Of a DNA stretch of 64,000 nt, positions 1 to 12,881 are shown piece by piece (position 1 is the first letter of the stretch; each line of letters opens with the position of its first letter). Made by a program: the position numbers and the translations under genes. This DNA is from Antedon mediterranea (lineage: Eukaryota; Animalia; Echinodermata). The notes below the pieces were generated by a model. The model saw nothing but the letters and a program-made list of their open reading frames with translations, was not told the origin of the DNA and did no database searches. Location: positions 24,440,070 to 24,504,069 of the forward strand of contig NC_092671.1 of NCBI RefSeq assembly GCF_964355755.1, in the 5' to 3' direction.

Positions 1-45
1 GTCCTTTACTTTCACACTACGCTATCCCACATTCCTTGGAATCTT

Positions 46-2230
46 TTTTTTTTTAATTTTTTTTTTTATTTCATATTTCATGGTACCAAAAACAAGACGC
101 AGCGGTAACACACACACAAAATAAAAATAAAAATCAAATTCATTGTTCTAAGTAATTTAACAATGGAAAACAATTTATGGTAAATAAAGATAATAAAGAT
201 ATATAAAGATATATTAAGTTGTCCCTATTGAACAGTTTGGTGATTAATCAACATTAAAAATACAAGAAGGCTATAAATTGCATAAATCTTCATTTTTCAT
301 GTTTTTTTGGGGAGTAAAAACATCTTTAATAAGTTTGATTTCAGTTTTAAAAAAAAACCATAAATACACAACTTTCATAATTCAATACACTACATACACA
401 ATACCCAAATGTGAATATGTATAAACAAATAAAGCGATCAGATTTCGATCAGAATTGCCTAACATTTGTTTTCTAACTACCTATTTTGTCCGATATGTAA
501 CCACTTTTTCAAGTGCATATCTATTTTATCATTTTTTTATGCAATATGCCATTCCATGTTTTGGAGATATTTTAGTTCGACTAGGAAGTATTTTAGTGTG
601 ACTGCTATATTTCTCCATTTACATCTATAAATATAGTATTTTCCAATAAAAATAATGAAATTTATTACAGAATCTTTTGGAAAACCCAATAATATATGTT
701 TTGCATTAAATACTATTTTCATATTTCTATTGTTCAACCAGAATTGGACGTCTTTCCAAAATGATATTACTTTTTTGCATTTCCAAAAAAGATGTTGCAA
801 ACACTCCGGCTCTTCCTTACGTATCGCATAATTCAGAATCTTTAATTAATTAATATTTTGTACTGAAAATATCTCAGTCTTGTGTCTATTGTACTTTTGT
901 ATGTTAAGTTATATAACACCTCCCAGTCGGCTATATGTCCAAAATCGTTTTCCCATTTGATACAGGTATGCGGAAGAACACTAATGCGATTAAGTATTAA
1001 GCTATATGCAAGTTTTGTTCCTAATTTTAAATTCGATGCTATAATTACTTCACTTTTTTGTTTTAACATTATATCATAGTTCTTAGATTGCATGGTACCT
1101 CTCCATATTTTAGGAATAGCTACTATTAAACTATGGAATGTCAAAAAAATCCACACCTGTATCATATTTAATAGGAAACTGTTCATAAGACAGCATACTT
1201 CCGTTATCATTAAGCAAATCTTTAACTACTGTTATACCACTATCATATAGCATTTTATAAAAAAAACGGTTCACCTTGTATTGTAATATGACTGTTATAC
1301 CATAATATTATTTCATTGTGGAACGTTACAACCTCATTTATTTGCTTAAAATTAACAGAGTGCCAACATTTAATTACTTGAGATAAAAACAAATTGTCAG
1401 TTATTCTATTGAGAATTGAGTCATTATGTGCTATATTACAATACCAAATCAAATTACCCCAGCCGGGTGTAAAAACTCCCGCCATATGCCTTTCCAGCGA
1501 CCCCGGTTGTCTTCATCTAGAAATCGTTTTACCCATGATACTTTCTGTGCGTAGCAAAACGACTCTACATGGACCATTTTAAGTCCCCCCTTTTCTATTG
1601 TGTTTATAATTAGTTTTCTCTTTATTTTATCCGGTTTGCGATTCCCAATGAAAGAGTACAGAATTTTATCTAATGTTTTAAAAAATGATAGAGGTGGATT
1701 GGTTATCACAGTAAACAAGAAAGTAAGCATGGGCACTATTAGAGTCTTGATTATCGTTATCTTGCCAATTGGGGTGAGGTTTCTTGCTGACCAAATGTTA
1801 GTAAGCGTTTTAATTTTGTCAAGTTGAGGTAATAGGTTCAGAGTAAACAGATCCGAAGGATCGAGTGTAAATTTTACTCCGAGTAACCGTATCGGACCTT
1901 TTATCCAAGTAAGTTTTTTTAATTTGTTATCCTCTTCAAATTTATTTAGTATATGTTTTCCGATCCTATACACATCACTTGTGTTTTATCTTGATTTATT
2001 TTTAATCCAGAGATATTGGCAAAATTTTCAAGAACTTTCATAGTACGCAAAATAGACTCTTTAAAACCATCGATAATGACAACTGTATCGTCGGCATAAT
2101 GCGTTAGTTTAATTTCTTGATTATTAATTGTAACACCTTTAATTGTTGGATTGTGGCGAATATGAGACAATATTTCGGCACACAATATAAATAAGTGTGG
2201 AGAGAGAGGGCATCCTTGTCGTAACCAAGA
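46..2230 (-). mobile_element. 5'-truncated L1/Tx1-clade LINE (RT C-half, CCHC C-terminus, poly-A) with 11-bp TSD CTTGGAATCTT
   Basis: RQGCPLSPHLF, HYADD, SGLKINQDKT, KGGLKM, HLFWKC motifs on the - strand; poly-T at 44-68; TSD copies at 35-45 and 2231-2241. Confidence 0.92.
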
Positions 2231-4044
2231 CTTGGAATCTTGGTTACGATCCCAAAGATATAAATAGTACATGGGAACTTTCTTTTTGCTGCAGTAAAGG
2301 ATATTTTTCCTGTCAAAAAATCTAGATCTCGTAGAAAAAATTCTCCTTAGATAACTCCTGATACTATTCAACTCATTAAGAAAAAGAACAGGTTATATCA
2401 AAAAGCTAAAAGATCTAATGGTCCTCTTGTCTGGGAGAAATATCAACGGATTCGTAACAATGTAAAGTATTAATGCAATACTGATTTCTACTTATACATC
2501 CAGAACTTGGGCAAAGACTCATCTTCTAACCCAAAACGCTTTTGGTCCTTTGTTAGGAGTAAACGTAAATCTTTAAACTCCTCTAATTTTCTAATCAATG
2601 GCAACCTTTCATCTGATCCTACCTTAGTTTCTAAAAACTTTTCTCCTGTCAGCTTCTCACCTATTACTGATTTTTCTGTCTCTGCTCTTAATGTCTCCGA
2701 AGCCATTTCTAATTTAAACGTACATAAATTTCCTGGACCAGACAATATTTCTCCTTCACTTCTTAAATTAGCTGGTCCTGTTATCTCTTCATATCTCTCT
2801 AACATCTATAATCTGTCACTTTCTCTTGGCCAAGTTCCACTTGATTGGAAAAGGGTTAATGTAGTACCAGTTTTCAAATCAGGTAATCGTGCAACACTTA
2901 AAAACTATCGACCTATTTTTCTTTGCTCTATTCCTTGTAAACTCTTAGAAAGACTTCTTTTTACCCATATTAACACTCACTTAATTAATCTATGTCTTAT
3001 TCCTAAAGCCCAACATGGTTTCGTGCCAACTAATACTCAAGTCTCCTAACTTTACCATAATCTAGCTTCTAATCTTGATAAACGTAATTCTCCTAAAACC
3101 AATGTTATATTTCTTGATTGGTTCAAGGCCTTTGATAAGATTTCTCATACTCTTTTTCTTCAAAAACTACACAACTATGGTTTCTGTGGCACTACACTTA
3201 ATTGGATTTCCTCTTACTTAATTGGTCGGTCATAGAGAGTGCTTTTTAATTGTTCTTCCTCCAATTGGGCCCAAGTTACATCTAGGGTTCCACAGGGATC
3301 TCTACTAGGCCCTCTGTTATTTAATATTTTTGTTTCGGATCTTCCCTCTACTCTTCAATCTAATAATCTCCAATATGCTGATGACACTGTAGTCTTCAGG
3401 AATATTCAATCTAACTCTGATTCCCTTATCCTACAATCTGATCTTGACAATATTCTTTCTTGGTCCAACGTAAATAAAATGTCCCTTAACATCAATAAAT
3501 GTAAAGTTATGCACGTTTCTCGCTCTTGAAATCCTACTCTCTACCATTATACTCTTAATGATATCTCTAATAACAACCATAAATACCTTGGCATTACCCT
3601 TAATAGTACCCTTTCTTGGCACGACCACATTTTAACTGTTTACTCTTCTGCCTCTAGGATTTATCCGTCGTATTGTTGGTACCAATGACTCCCATTCTCT
3701 TCTTCTACTTTACAAATCCTTGTGTCGTCTGATTCTGTAATATGGTGCTCCTGTGTGGTTTCCACATTTGGCTTCCCATCTTACTCTTCTTGAAAAACCC
3801 CAACGCATTCTTACAAGATACTCTTTTCCGGGTAAACACTTTGAACATCCTACTTACACCGAAAGATTAGCTTTCATTCATCTTCCTTCTTTGACTTCTC
3901 GGATTGATTTCTAAACTATTATATTTGTTGTCAACTGTTTATATACTATTATTGATCTCGATGTTTTGTCCTTTTTTCTATTTCTCGTCACAAATTTGAT
4001 CTTCTTCAAGCCACCCTTTGCTCGAACTGTCTGTTTTCAATCTT

Positions 4045-4139
4045 CGACTCTATAGTTCACTATGTCGGTCTGTCGGTCTGTTTGTCGGTTCGGTATCACT
4101 ATGCGTTTTAACACGCGACTTATGGCTGTTGGCCTTGTT
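4045..4139 (+). mobile_element. Collapsed copy of the HINE family seen at 18704-19476
   Basis: cgactctatagttcactatgtcggtc(GTCN)n..ggtatcactatgcg..cacgcgacttatggctgttggccttgtt matches both ends of the 18704 element and lacks its interior. Confidence 0.8.
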
Positions 4140-4357
4140 TTTCTTTATTTTGCTATTTAAATTTAAATTCATTTTTTAACCGTCATTTAGCTTATTTATT
4201 TTTATATTTTATTTTATTTCTTTTATTTTGTATTTCTATGTATTCTTTTGTATAGATGACAAATTTCGTTTTTGTAAAAGCACAAGTTAACGGAGTACTT
4301 ACTCGAACGTTTGTAATTGTAATGAGCCGATATTGAATAAATCAAATCAAATCAAAT

Positions 4358-5734
4358 TGAAGGATTTCAACTAGCACAGAAGATTGGTGAAGCCCTATTT
4401 GATCAACAGCTGTGGACCATGTGGTCTGACAGTATGGAAATATTGAATTGGATTAGGGGTATGAGCAGGAGGTTTAAGCACTTTGATGCCAATCGAGTAG
4501 GGTTAATCCAAGAAAGAACTGATCCGGCACAGTTGAAATATGTACCGACAAAAGAAAATCCAGCAGACTTGCTCACAAGGGTTATACATGTATCAGATTT
4601 AGCCAAAGAACCTAAGTTGTGGAATGGACCAAACTTTCTGTTACAAAAAAATTCAGAGTGGCCAAAATGCAAACGTAGAGAATAACTGCGAAATGAGAAC
4701 TTAGTTTAATGAGAAAAATCAACAGACATGTTTTGTTGTTGATAATCAATCTGCAAATAGTCGACTGGAACCTACGCGATATTCGTGTTGGACTAGATTG
4801 AGTCTATACGCAACCGTTATTCGCTTTCTACAAAACTGTAAATTAACTGTTACACATCACCAGACTGGACCTCTAACTTAGGATGAAATTGTAGAAGCCA
4901 AATGCAAACTAGCCAGGGAAGCTGAAAATGAAACTTTTGGCGATGAAATAAAAGCTCTAAAATACAAAAACAAATTCTCCATTGATCCAAGTTACTACCA
5001 TTAAACCCAATGATTGATTCAAATAGCGTATTAAGGTGTAATGGTCGTCTCCGATACAGTGAATGTATTGCCTGGGAATTATCTTACCAAAAGATCATCA
5101 TATCGGTCAACTTATAATAAAAGATGCACATGAACAAGCATTACAGTCTGGGACAAATTATGTGAAAAATATATGGGAAAAAGAATGCTATGAATGCAAA
5201 AAGAGAAACGCAATTCAGCCAAAGATGGCACCACATCCGAAGTATCGATTAGGTACATCTCTTCGTGCTTTTATCAACATTTCAGTTGATTTTGCTGGAC
5301 CACTCATCAAAATACATGGACGAGGAAGGGCAAGAGTGAAAAGATATTTTTGCTTGTTTACATGCCTAGAGGTACGCGCAGTGCATTTAAAAGTAGCTTG
5401 GAGCCTGGACACCGATTCATTTCTAAATGCGTCAAGAAGAGGTATGTCCGAGAACGTTCTATCAGATAACGGAACCAACTTCGTGGAAGGAAATAATGAA
5501 ACTGAAAGAGCTGAGAACTTGGATAACCATATAATCACTGAAAAAACAGCAGCCCATTGAGTAAAATGGACGTTCAATCCACCGGGAGCAACACATTTTA
5601 TTGGAGTGCATGAAGTCATGATAAAAGCAGTAAATCGGGCGATAAAAGCAATATTAGGGAACGCTGACATCCCTGTGATGAAGAGTTAATCAGCGCAGTA
5701 ATTGGAGCGTAAGTACTGACAAACTCAAGACCTC
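4358..5734 (+). mobile_element. BEL/Pao LTR retrotransposon pol remnant (RNase H end + integrase), left part
   Basis: WSDSM..WI, YVPTKENPADLLTR, VDFAGP, LFTCLEVRAVHL, SDNGTNF, W.FNPP.A.HF.G, NSRP motifs; frameshifted. Confidence 0.9.
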
Positions 5735-6244
5735 TGTTGTGACGTCTTTAGTGTTTTGTGGTACGCAATGACTTATTTTCATATTTTCCACCTGTGGGTT
5801 TGTTTAAATAGACGAGGTATTTGTAAAGTGAGGGAGTTCCGGGCAGGAGGTTGTGCACAATGAATGAATAAAGTGAACGGTACCGAGTAAATGTGTTGCG
5901 TATTTATTGTCTAAGCATAACAAGCCACTCGCATATGACCCCGAAAACCACAACGCCAACAAATAATTCGAGAGTTAAATGTCCGAATAGATCTATCGGC
6001 ATTTTTCCTATCACCAAAATTACTATTAAAAGGAGGAATCACCCCCTGAACCCGGAACCGTGCCGGAACAGGTGTGAAATACCCTTAACATGGGACTTGG
6101 GATAGTTATTTATAAAAGTACTAGAGGAAGGTTCATCCACAGTACGCTGGACAGATATGTCTAGCCGAGTTGCATCTAAAGCATCTCGAAAAGACTGAGG
6201 TTCTTTAGAAAAAACAAATACCCTCTCATAAAAATAGACGCATA

Positions 6245-6845
6245 TTTTACCTCCGCCAAGAAGGTAAAAAAATATTTACAAAATCTTTACCAAAATGATT
6301 ATACAGATAGATATGTGGCAAGGACCATTCCATTATATGTTGGGACCATTTGGGACCATGGTCCCAATTCTGGACCACTTTTTAGTATATTTTTCAGACC
6401 TGCTAGTGTTAAAAGATAGGACAGAATTTTTTCAAAAGCCGGCGAGCAGTCTTAAAGTAACAATTAAGTAAACTGAAATTGCATTTTCTCGAAAACTTTT
6501 TGTGCAAGAGGGAAGAGTTATAATTTGTGATTTGTAATTTTAAAACATAATAGGATTTAATGTGCACCTTTGTTGATGCGAGTAGTTTAAAAACCCTATT
6601 TCTTTTCAAATTCACTCGTTTGATTTTCGCGTTGCTGTTCTATTGTTTGTTAACTGAAGTAATTGTTAATTTAATTGAAAGGCTAGTTACATAACCATTA
6701 CACCAAACTCGCATACACATGCTTGTAGTGAAATTAGTCTAAATCACAAACAGCATTAAGACACACACATTTTTCCCGGAGAAATCTTATGTAGGAGAAT
6801 TTTACAGTAGGCGGAGGTATGCACTGTCGGAGTGGCTTTCTAGTT
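6245..6845 (+). mobile_element. Non-autonomous Helentron-type (HINE/DINE-1-like) element
   Basis: 5' TACCTCCGCC, subterminal inverted GGCGGAGGTA at 6810-6819, short 3' hairpin (cact gtcgg agtg), terminal CTAGTT. Confidence 0.7.
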
Positions 6846-7127
6846 ATCAATGGTTTCAGAATGAATATTTTAGTTATTTATAGAATTCTTATGTTCCTCC
6901 TCTAATGTATCTAGAAACACTTTCGCATGACCAACTATAACGGTTTACAACGCTAAAAGGGCTTTGGGTTCTGTATAACCCCTCAATGAAGCATGGTCTG
7001 AAAATCTCTAAATAAATGAATCAATCAATTATTACATTTAGAACATATCCAATTATAAAAATAAGGTAAATAAATAGAAATATTATTTACATAAGATGTA
7101 CAACCACACAACTACTGCCGTTTCCAA

Positions 7128-7306
7128 TCCAACACTCACAGCCGTTGGTTAATTTCTTCAATGTCAAAACCAGCACACGAAAATATCCGCCTCAAACACC
7201 ATCCAGTTCAGAATTCAACACCCCATAGTTCTAAATCCCAGCACCAACAGTTCTGAATCCCAGCACTGCCAGTTCTGAATCCCATCAATACCAGTTCTGA
7301 ATCCAC
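7128..7306 (+). repeat. Degenerate ~21-bp tandem repeat (ccagcaccaacagttctgaat)
   Basis: cagttctgaatccc-like core recurs about every 21 bp at 7200-7305. Confidence 0.65.
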
Positions 7307-9055
7307 CGGAAGAATATATTTCAAAACTTAACATAGGCTAAATCAGATTCTTAAAATCAATATAAAATATTGATTGTGGGTCTTCCACACATAAATACGC
7401 AACACATTTTACTCGGTACCGTTATTAACTTTATTCATTCATTGTGCACAACCTTCTGCCCGGAACTCCCGCGAGAGTTTGGTGAATTTTGTCCAAAATG
7501 GGGATATTTCTGTCCAGAATGAGGAAATATTTTGTCCAGAATAAGGAAAAAAGCGATAGGTGGTGCTATAATCATGTCCAAAATGGAGAAGCTGTCAAGG
7601 ATGGGGAAGTGGCGGCGCTATATCGTCTCCAAAATTGGGAAATTTCTGTCCAGGATAGGGAAGTGCTGTCCAAAAAAGGAAAGCTGTCCAAAATAGAGAA
7701 ATCCTATTTGTCCAAAATGGGGAAATTCTGTCCAGGACGGGGAGGCTGTGTCCAAAATAGGGAAGCTGTCCAATATAGAGAAATCCAATGTGTCCAAAAT
7801 GGAGAAATTTACGGTCCCGAATAGAGAAGTTCTGTGTCCAAAATAGAGAAACTGTCCAATAATATAAAGGAATCCGATTTGTCCAAAGTGAGAAAATTGT
7901 GTCCCAAACAGAGAAACTTTCAACAGAGAAATCTTATTTTGACAAATTTCTCCAGAATAGACTGTGCTGTGTCAAAAATATAGAAACTACAGTATCCAAT
8001 ATATCCGATTTTCCAAATTGTATAAAAGAGAAACTGTCAAATATGTAGTGAAATTTGAAATTTTTTTGTGTCAATATAGCTACATCGTGTCGAAAATCTG
8101 TAAGTCCCGCATATTAGTCCAGTATGAGATATAGCCATGATAAGTTGCATGTTTGCTATATTTGGTAAAAAGTGGATATGTTGTAGAATAGACATCACTG
8201 AATCCAAAAAGTATTTGCTTCATTTTTTTTTTCATAAGGGCGGTTGGCAGCCATTTCAAAATGGCCGCCATTTTGGATAAAATTGTTTAAAATATTGTAA
8301 GTTTATGACATTAAATGATGTTATCGAAATAGAAATTCAATCATAAAAGTAACAATAAATGTTCAAATAATATTTCACATCATTTTTTTAACTGAAAAAG
8401 CCAAAATGGCCGCCATTATGCCTAAAATGGCAGCCATTTTATCCAATATGGCCACCATTTTATCTGAAATGGCCACATTTTATTTACATATATTTGGAAA
8501 AAAATTGGATATGATGTAGAATAGACATCACTGAATCCAAAAATTATTTGCTCCATTTTTTTTCATACGCAAAGGGGATTGGCAGCATTGGCCGCCATTT
8601 TGGATAAAATTGTTTAAAATATTGTAAGGTTATGACTTAAAAGATGTTATCAAGATAGAAATTCAATCATAAAAGTAACAAGAAATGTTAAAATAATATT
8701 TCACATCATTTTTTTTTTCTCTTTTGTGGCGCAAACACCACTTTTATTCACATTCATATTATCTCATATTACATAAAATCGTATTATTTAACTTGTAACA
8801 TTTTTACATATATGAATTCTGTATTACTCCTTTTTTCATTAATTTTCTTATATTTTGTTATACACTTGACAGGATCATCATTATCATCTATCCCGTTTTA
8901 AAATAGTTCACACATTTTCATTTGTTTGTTTTCATTTTACAACCCGGATTATACAATATATTTATATACATGATAAAAAAAACAATAATAGCTCAGTACC
9001 ACCAGTAACCCGTATCACTGTAATTCTTTTTCGGTTAATCGTATCAAATTAGAAA

Positions 9056-12000
9056 TTATATTATCATAATCTTATTTCTTAAAGCTACCCATTTTTCTAT
9101 ACTTGTTTCTTTATTGTTATATGTTTCACATTCAATGTTATATAACATATTGCTTTTAAATGAATTCCATAAAGATTTACCCACTGGCTTATTTAGTGCA
9201 GATAACATTTTTATTCTATAAATAGTAAATGCTGTAAAAGTGTAAATATACTCTATTAGCTTATCTCCCGTTCCTAGTATTAATTGTTTAAATGATATAT
9301 TATTGTGATTTAAACTTACAAAGATACTAAGCATTTTCCTCCAATATTTCTGAATAAATCTACAACTAAAAAACAAATGATTTTCGTTTTCAATTTCTCC
9401 ACATTTGTCACACGTTTGTGTTTCCTTAACTTTCCACTGATACAGCCGTTTGTTGGTAGGCAGTATTCTATGTAACATCTTATAATTGAATTGTGCTAGT
9501 TTCTTATCTTTCATTTTACATACTTTCCGTAACCAAGAAGTTTTCCAATCAATGTTGTTATCATTGAAGTACTCTTCCCATTTTAGTTGTGACATTGGAA
9601 TAATGAAATATTCTTTCACAAACCATGAGTATATTAGTTTGGTAGTATTAATCTCATACTTGGTCCCAACTAATTCATCATTATCATCACAATTGAAAAT
9701 ATCTACCTCCTTAATAATACGTTTCCATTGAATTGGTATTGCCTTAATAATGCACAAATACTCATTTAACCAGTTTGTTTTACATTGTAGTTTCACCAGT
9801 ATTTCGTTTGATGTTAAAAAAGTGTTCTTAATAACAATGTCTTTAATACTGATAATGCCACTGTCAATCCAATGCTTGTAGAAAAGCGATTTTTTTTTAG
9901 TTTAACGTAGTGGTTTCCTCACAGTTGCTCATTCATTATATCGTTATAAGTTTCAGGTTTTTTTTTAGAGATTCTGTTATAATTTATGTAGGCTTTTATC
10001 ATATTTTTGTAAAACAGTAGAATTTTATCAGAATTAACATCAATAATGTTGTAACATGACATATTAAGTAAAACATTAACATCACATATTTTTTTAATAT
10101 AATACATTGGAATATTTTTCCATTTAGCACCATCATCATTCATAATTCTTTTTAACCAGCCACACATGAGTGCGTTAACATGAAGAGTAAAATCAGGCAT
10201 TTTAATGCCTCCCATCTCAACATCACCAATTAGAGTTTTTCTTTTTATCTTTTCCCTTTTATTGTTCCAAATAAAATTATATATTAGATTTGTAACTTGT
10301 GTATATACATATTTTGGAACATCAGTGATATTTGCAGCATATGTTAATTTAGATAGTGCAAGACTTTTCAGGATTATTATTCTACCAAAAATTGAGATAT
10401 TTCTAGCATTCCATTGTTTTAAAGTCTTTTCTAGCTCTATTAATTTAACATCCCAGTTTTTTCTGGTACATTCTTCTGTATTATACCCTACATATATGCC
10501 TAAAATTTTGATCGGGTGTTTTACCCAATTTAATTCTAAAGGTCTATCTATTCTGTTCTTCCATTTACCAATCCAAAAAGCATTGGTTTTTTTTTTATTT
10601 AGTGTCATTCCAGATACTTCACAAAAACGTTCAATTACACTGACTGCTGACTCAATACTTTTGTCATTACCAACATACAAAACAGTATCATCGGCTAATT
10701 GGCTTATTCTAGCTTCTATGTTATTTTCATTATTTGGAAGTTTAATACCCTTATAGTCATCTTTGTGTCTTATTCTAGATGCCATTACTTCAACCACTAA
10801 AATGAATAACAGAGCAGATAGAGGACAACCTTGTCTAATACCTCTTTCCATTTTAAAATTGTTTGAAACCCAACCATTGTTAACTGTGACACATTCAACG
10901 TTATTGTATAATACTTTTACCCAGTTACAAAAGAACATTCCAAAGTTAAACTTTTCTAGAACATTGAACATAAAATCTCTACTAATAGAGTCAAAAGCCT
11001 TCTTAAAATCTACGGTAATTATTGCCCCTTCGATATCATTACACGTTGTATAATAAAGCAGGTCTTCTATTAACCGAATGTTTTCACCAGCGAAACGGCC
11101 TTTTATATAACCTTTTTGGTCTGAACTTACTATTGATTTAATAACCATTTTAAGTCTGTTACTTAATACATGTGCAAGAATTTTGTAATCGGTGTTTAAG
11201 AGGGTAATGGAACGCCAATTATTCAAATTTTCTCTTTCTCCATCCTTGAACAAAATGGTGATTACACCTCGTTTTTGCGAAAAGGATAATTCTTGAGAAT
11301 TATAACTTTCATTTAACGCATCGCAAATTAAATGTTTAATATTATTCCAAAAGAACACATAAAATTCAACACTTAGACCATCCGATCCAGGTGTTTTATT
11401 TTTTTCCATCATTGAAATGGCCTTTTTACATTCATCAATAGTGACGTAACCTTCACAATTTTCTTTTTCTATTTCTGAAAGCTTGTTTATAATAGATTTA
11501 CAAAGGTATTTATTAATTTTTCCAGGGTTTATAATATTTTTTGCGTATAAACCTTCGAAATGTTGTATTTGTTCCTTTAAAATATCAATTGGGCTCGTTG
11601 CTAAGCTCCCATCTTTAGTAATTAAACTTTTTATGTGTTTCTTTTTACTTTTGGATCTTTCTTACCCAAGAAAGTATTTTGTATTCCGCTCGCCTTCCTC
11701 TATCCATTTTACTCTGGACCTAATTTGCGCGCCTTTTGCTTCTATATTATAAATGTTTTCAAGCTCTATTTTTTTGTTTTCAATTTTATTTTCAATGGTT
11801 ATATCACAATTTTGAGTATTCATAATTGTTTCATTTAAGTTTTTTATTTGTTTTTGTAATTTTTCTTTCTTTTTATTCTGGTTTTTATTTTTTTGTTTTC
11901 CGTATGCAATTGAAAATTCTTTTATTTTTGTTTTTACAAGCTCCCATAACAAACTTGCACTTACAGGTTCTCTATTATTTTTTAGTATTGAAACATCAAT

Positions 12001-12816
12001 TATTTTAATTACTAATTTTGTAAATGTTTCATCTTTCAGAAAGCTATTGTTGAACATCCATAAACCAGGACCGCGTATTTTTTCATGCAAATCTATTTTA
12101 ATTGATACCGCCTGGTGATCTGTGAGAATAGCTGGACGAATGTCACAGGCTAAAACATCTCCATTTGAAAAGAGATCTTCTGATATTAACCAGTAATCCA
12201 GCCTACGGAAAATGTTGTTAAATCTCTTACGCCACGTAAATTGTCGCTTATTCATGTTTTTGGATCTCCAAATATCATTTAAATTTAAATTTTTCATTAG
12301 GTTTTTAATCGTAAAAACAGATTTATCAGACCTATTTGCGCTACCTTTTTGGTCAATGTCACTATTCATGATGCAATTCAGATCTCCACCTAGAATGATA
12401 GAATTACCCTTCCCTCCATCAAAGTCATTGTAACGTTTGTGTATGGTCCTAAAGAATGCACTTCTATTTTTGCTTTCATTAGGTGCATAAATATTTATAA
12501 TGTCCAATTCCTTTTCATTTATCATTAAATTAAGAAATATATACCTTCCATCAATATCAGTTAACTTTTTAACAATTTTGCATTCAAGACCTTTTCGTAA
12601 TAGTATCGACACTCCTCTACTATGTGAATTACCTATACTATGGATCGCTTCACCTTCCCAAACAACGTTTGATTTATTAATAATCTCATTTGTTAGATGG
12701 GTTTCCTGAAGCAGACATATATCCGCTTTTTGATCTTTTACCCATTGGAATAGCTTATGTTGCTTATTTATATTTCTAGCTCCTCTAACGTTTAGTGTTA
12801 TACAATGTAAATTCAT
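9056..12816 (-). pseudogene. Tx1/L1 ORF2 (APE endonuclease - RT - CCHC), ~1250 codons with 2 nonsense codons and 1 frameshift
   Basis: TLNVRG, LQETH, NIYAPN, GGDLN, RLDY, TDH (APE); DFKKAFDS, GIRQGCPLS, LADD (RT); CDKC..HLFFSC. In-frame TAA at 11662-11664, TGA at 9919-9921, frameshift in the A9 run at 9890-9898. Confidence 0.92.
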
Positions 12817-12881
12817 AAGATTAGAGTAAAGAGCTTCCTAGGGAAATTACAATATTTAGAATACATATTATTAAGATTAAA

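Larger units (their letters stand above)
1..4357 (+). mobile_element. Degenerate CR1/L2-clade LINE (ORF2 tether + RT + 3' tail), interrupted at 46-2230 by an L1/Tx1 fragment
   Basis: Joining 1-45 to 2242 restores ..TTLSHIPWNLGYDPKDINSTWEL. RT motifs follow: KFPGPDNI, WKRVNVVPVFKSG..NYRPI, QHGF, KAFDKISH, VPQGSLLGPLLFNIF, YADD. It ends in AATAAA(TCAAA)3 at ~4336-4357. Multiple stops and frameshifts. Confidence 0.9.

Noticed and set aside
5832-7470. Independent 1.6-kb element with 77-bp TIRs (GGGAGTTCC..GGAACTCCC) and GTGA/GCGA TSD
   Set aside because: Better explained as part of the outer element's inverted repeat: 7391-7470 and 16607-16692 join through the duplicated GGAACTCCC into one continuous copy.
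7489-8271. ORFs 7489-7824, 7618-7923, 8080-8271 and mirror ORFs at 15812-16643
   Set aside because: Translations of foldback subrepeats; no domain features.
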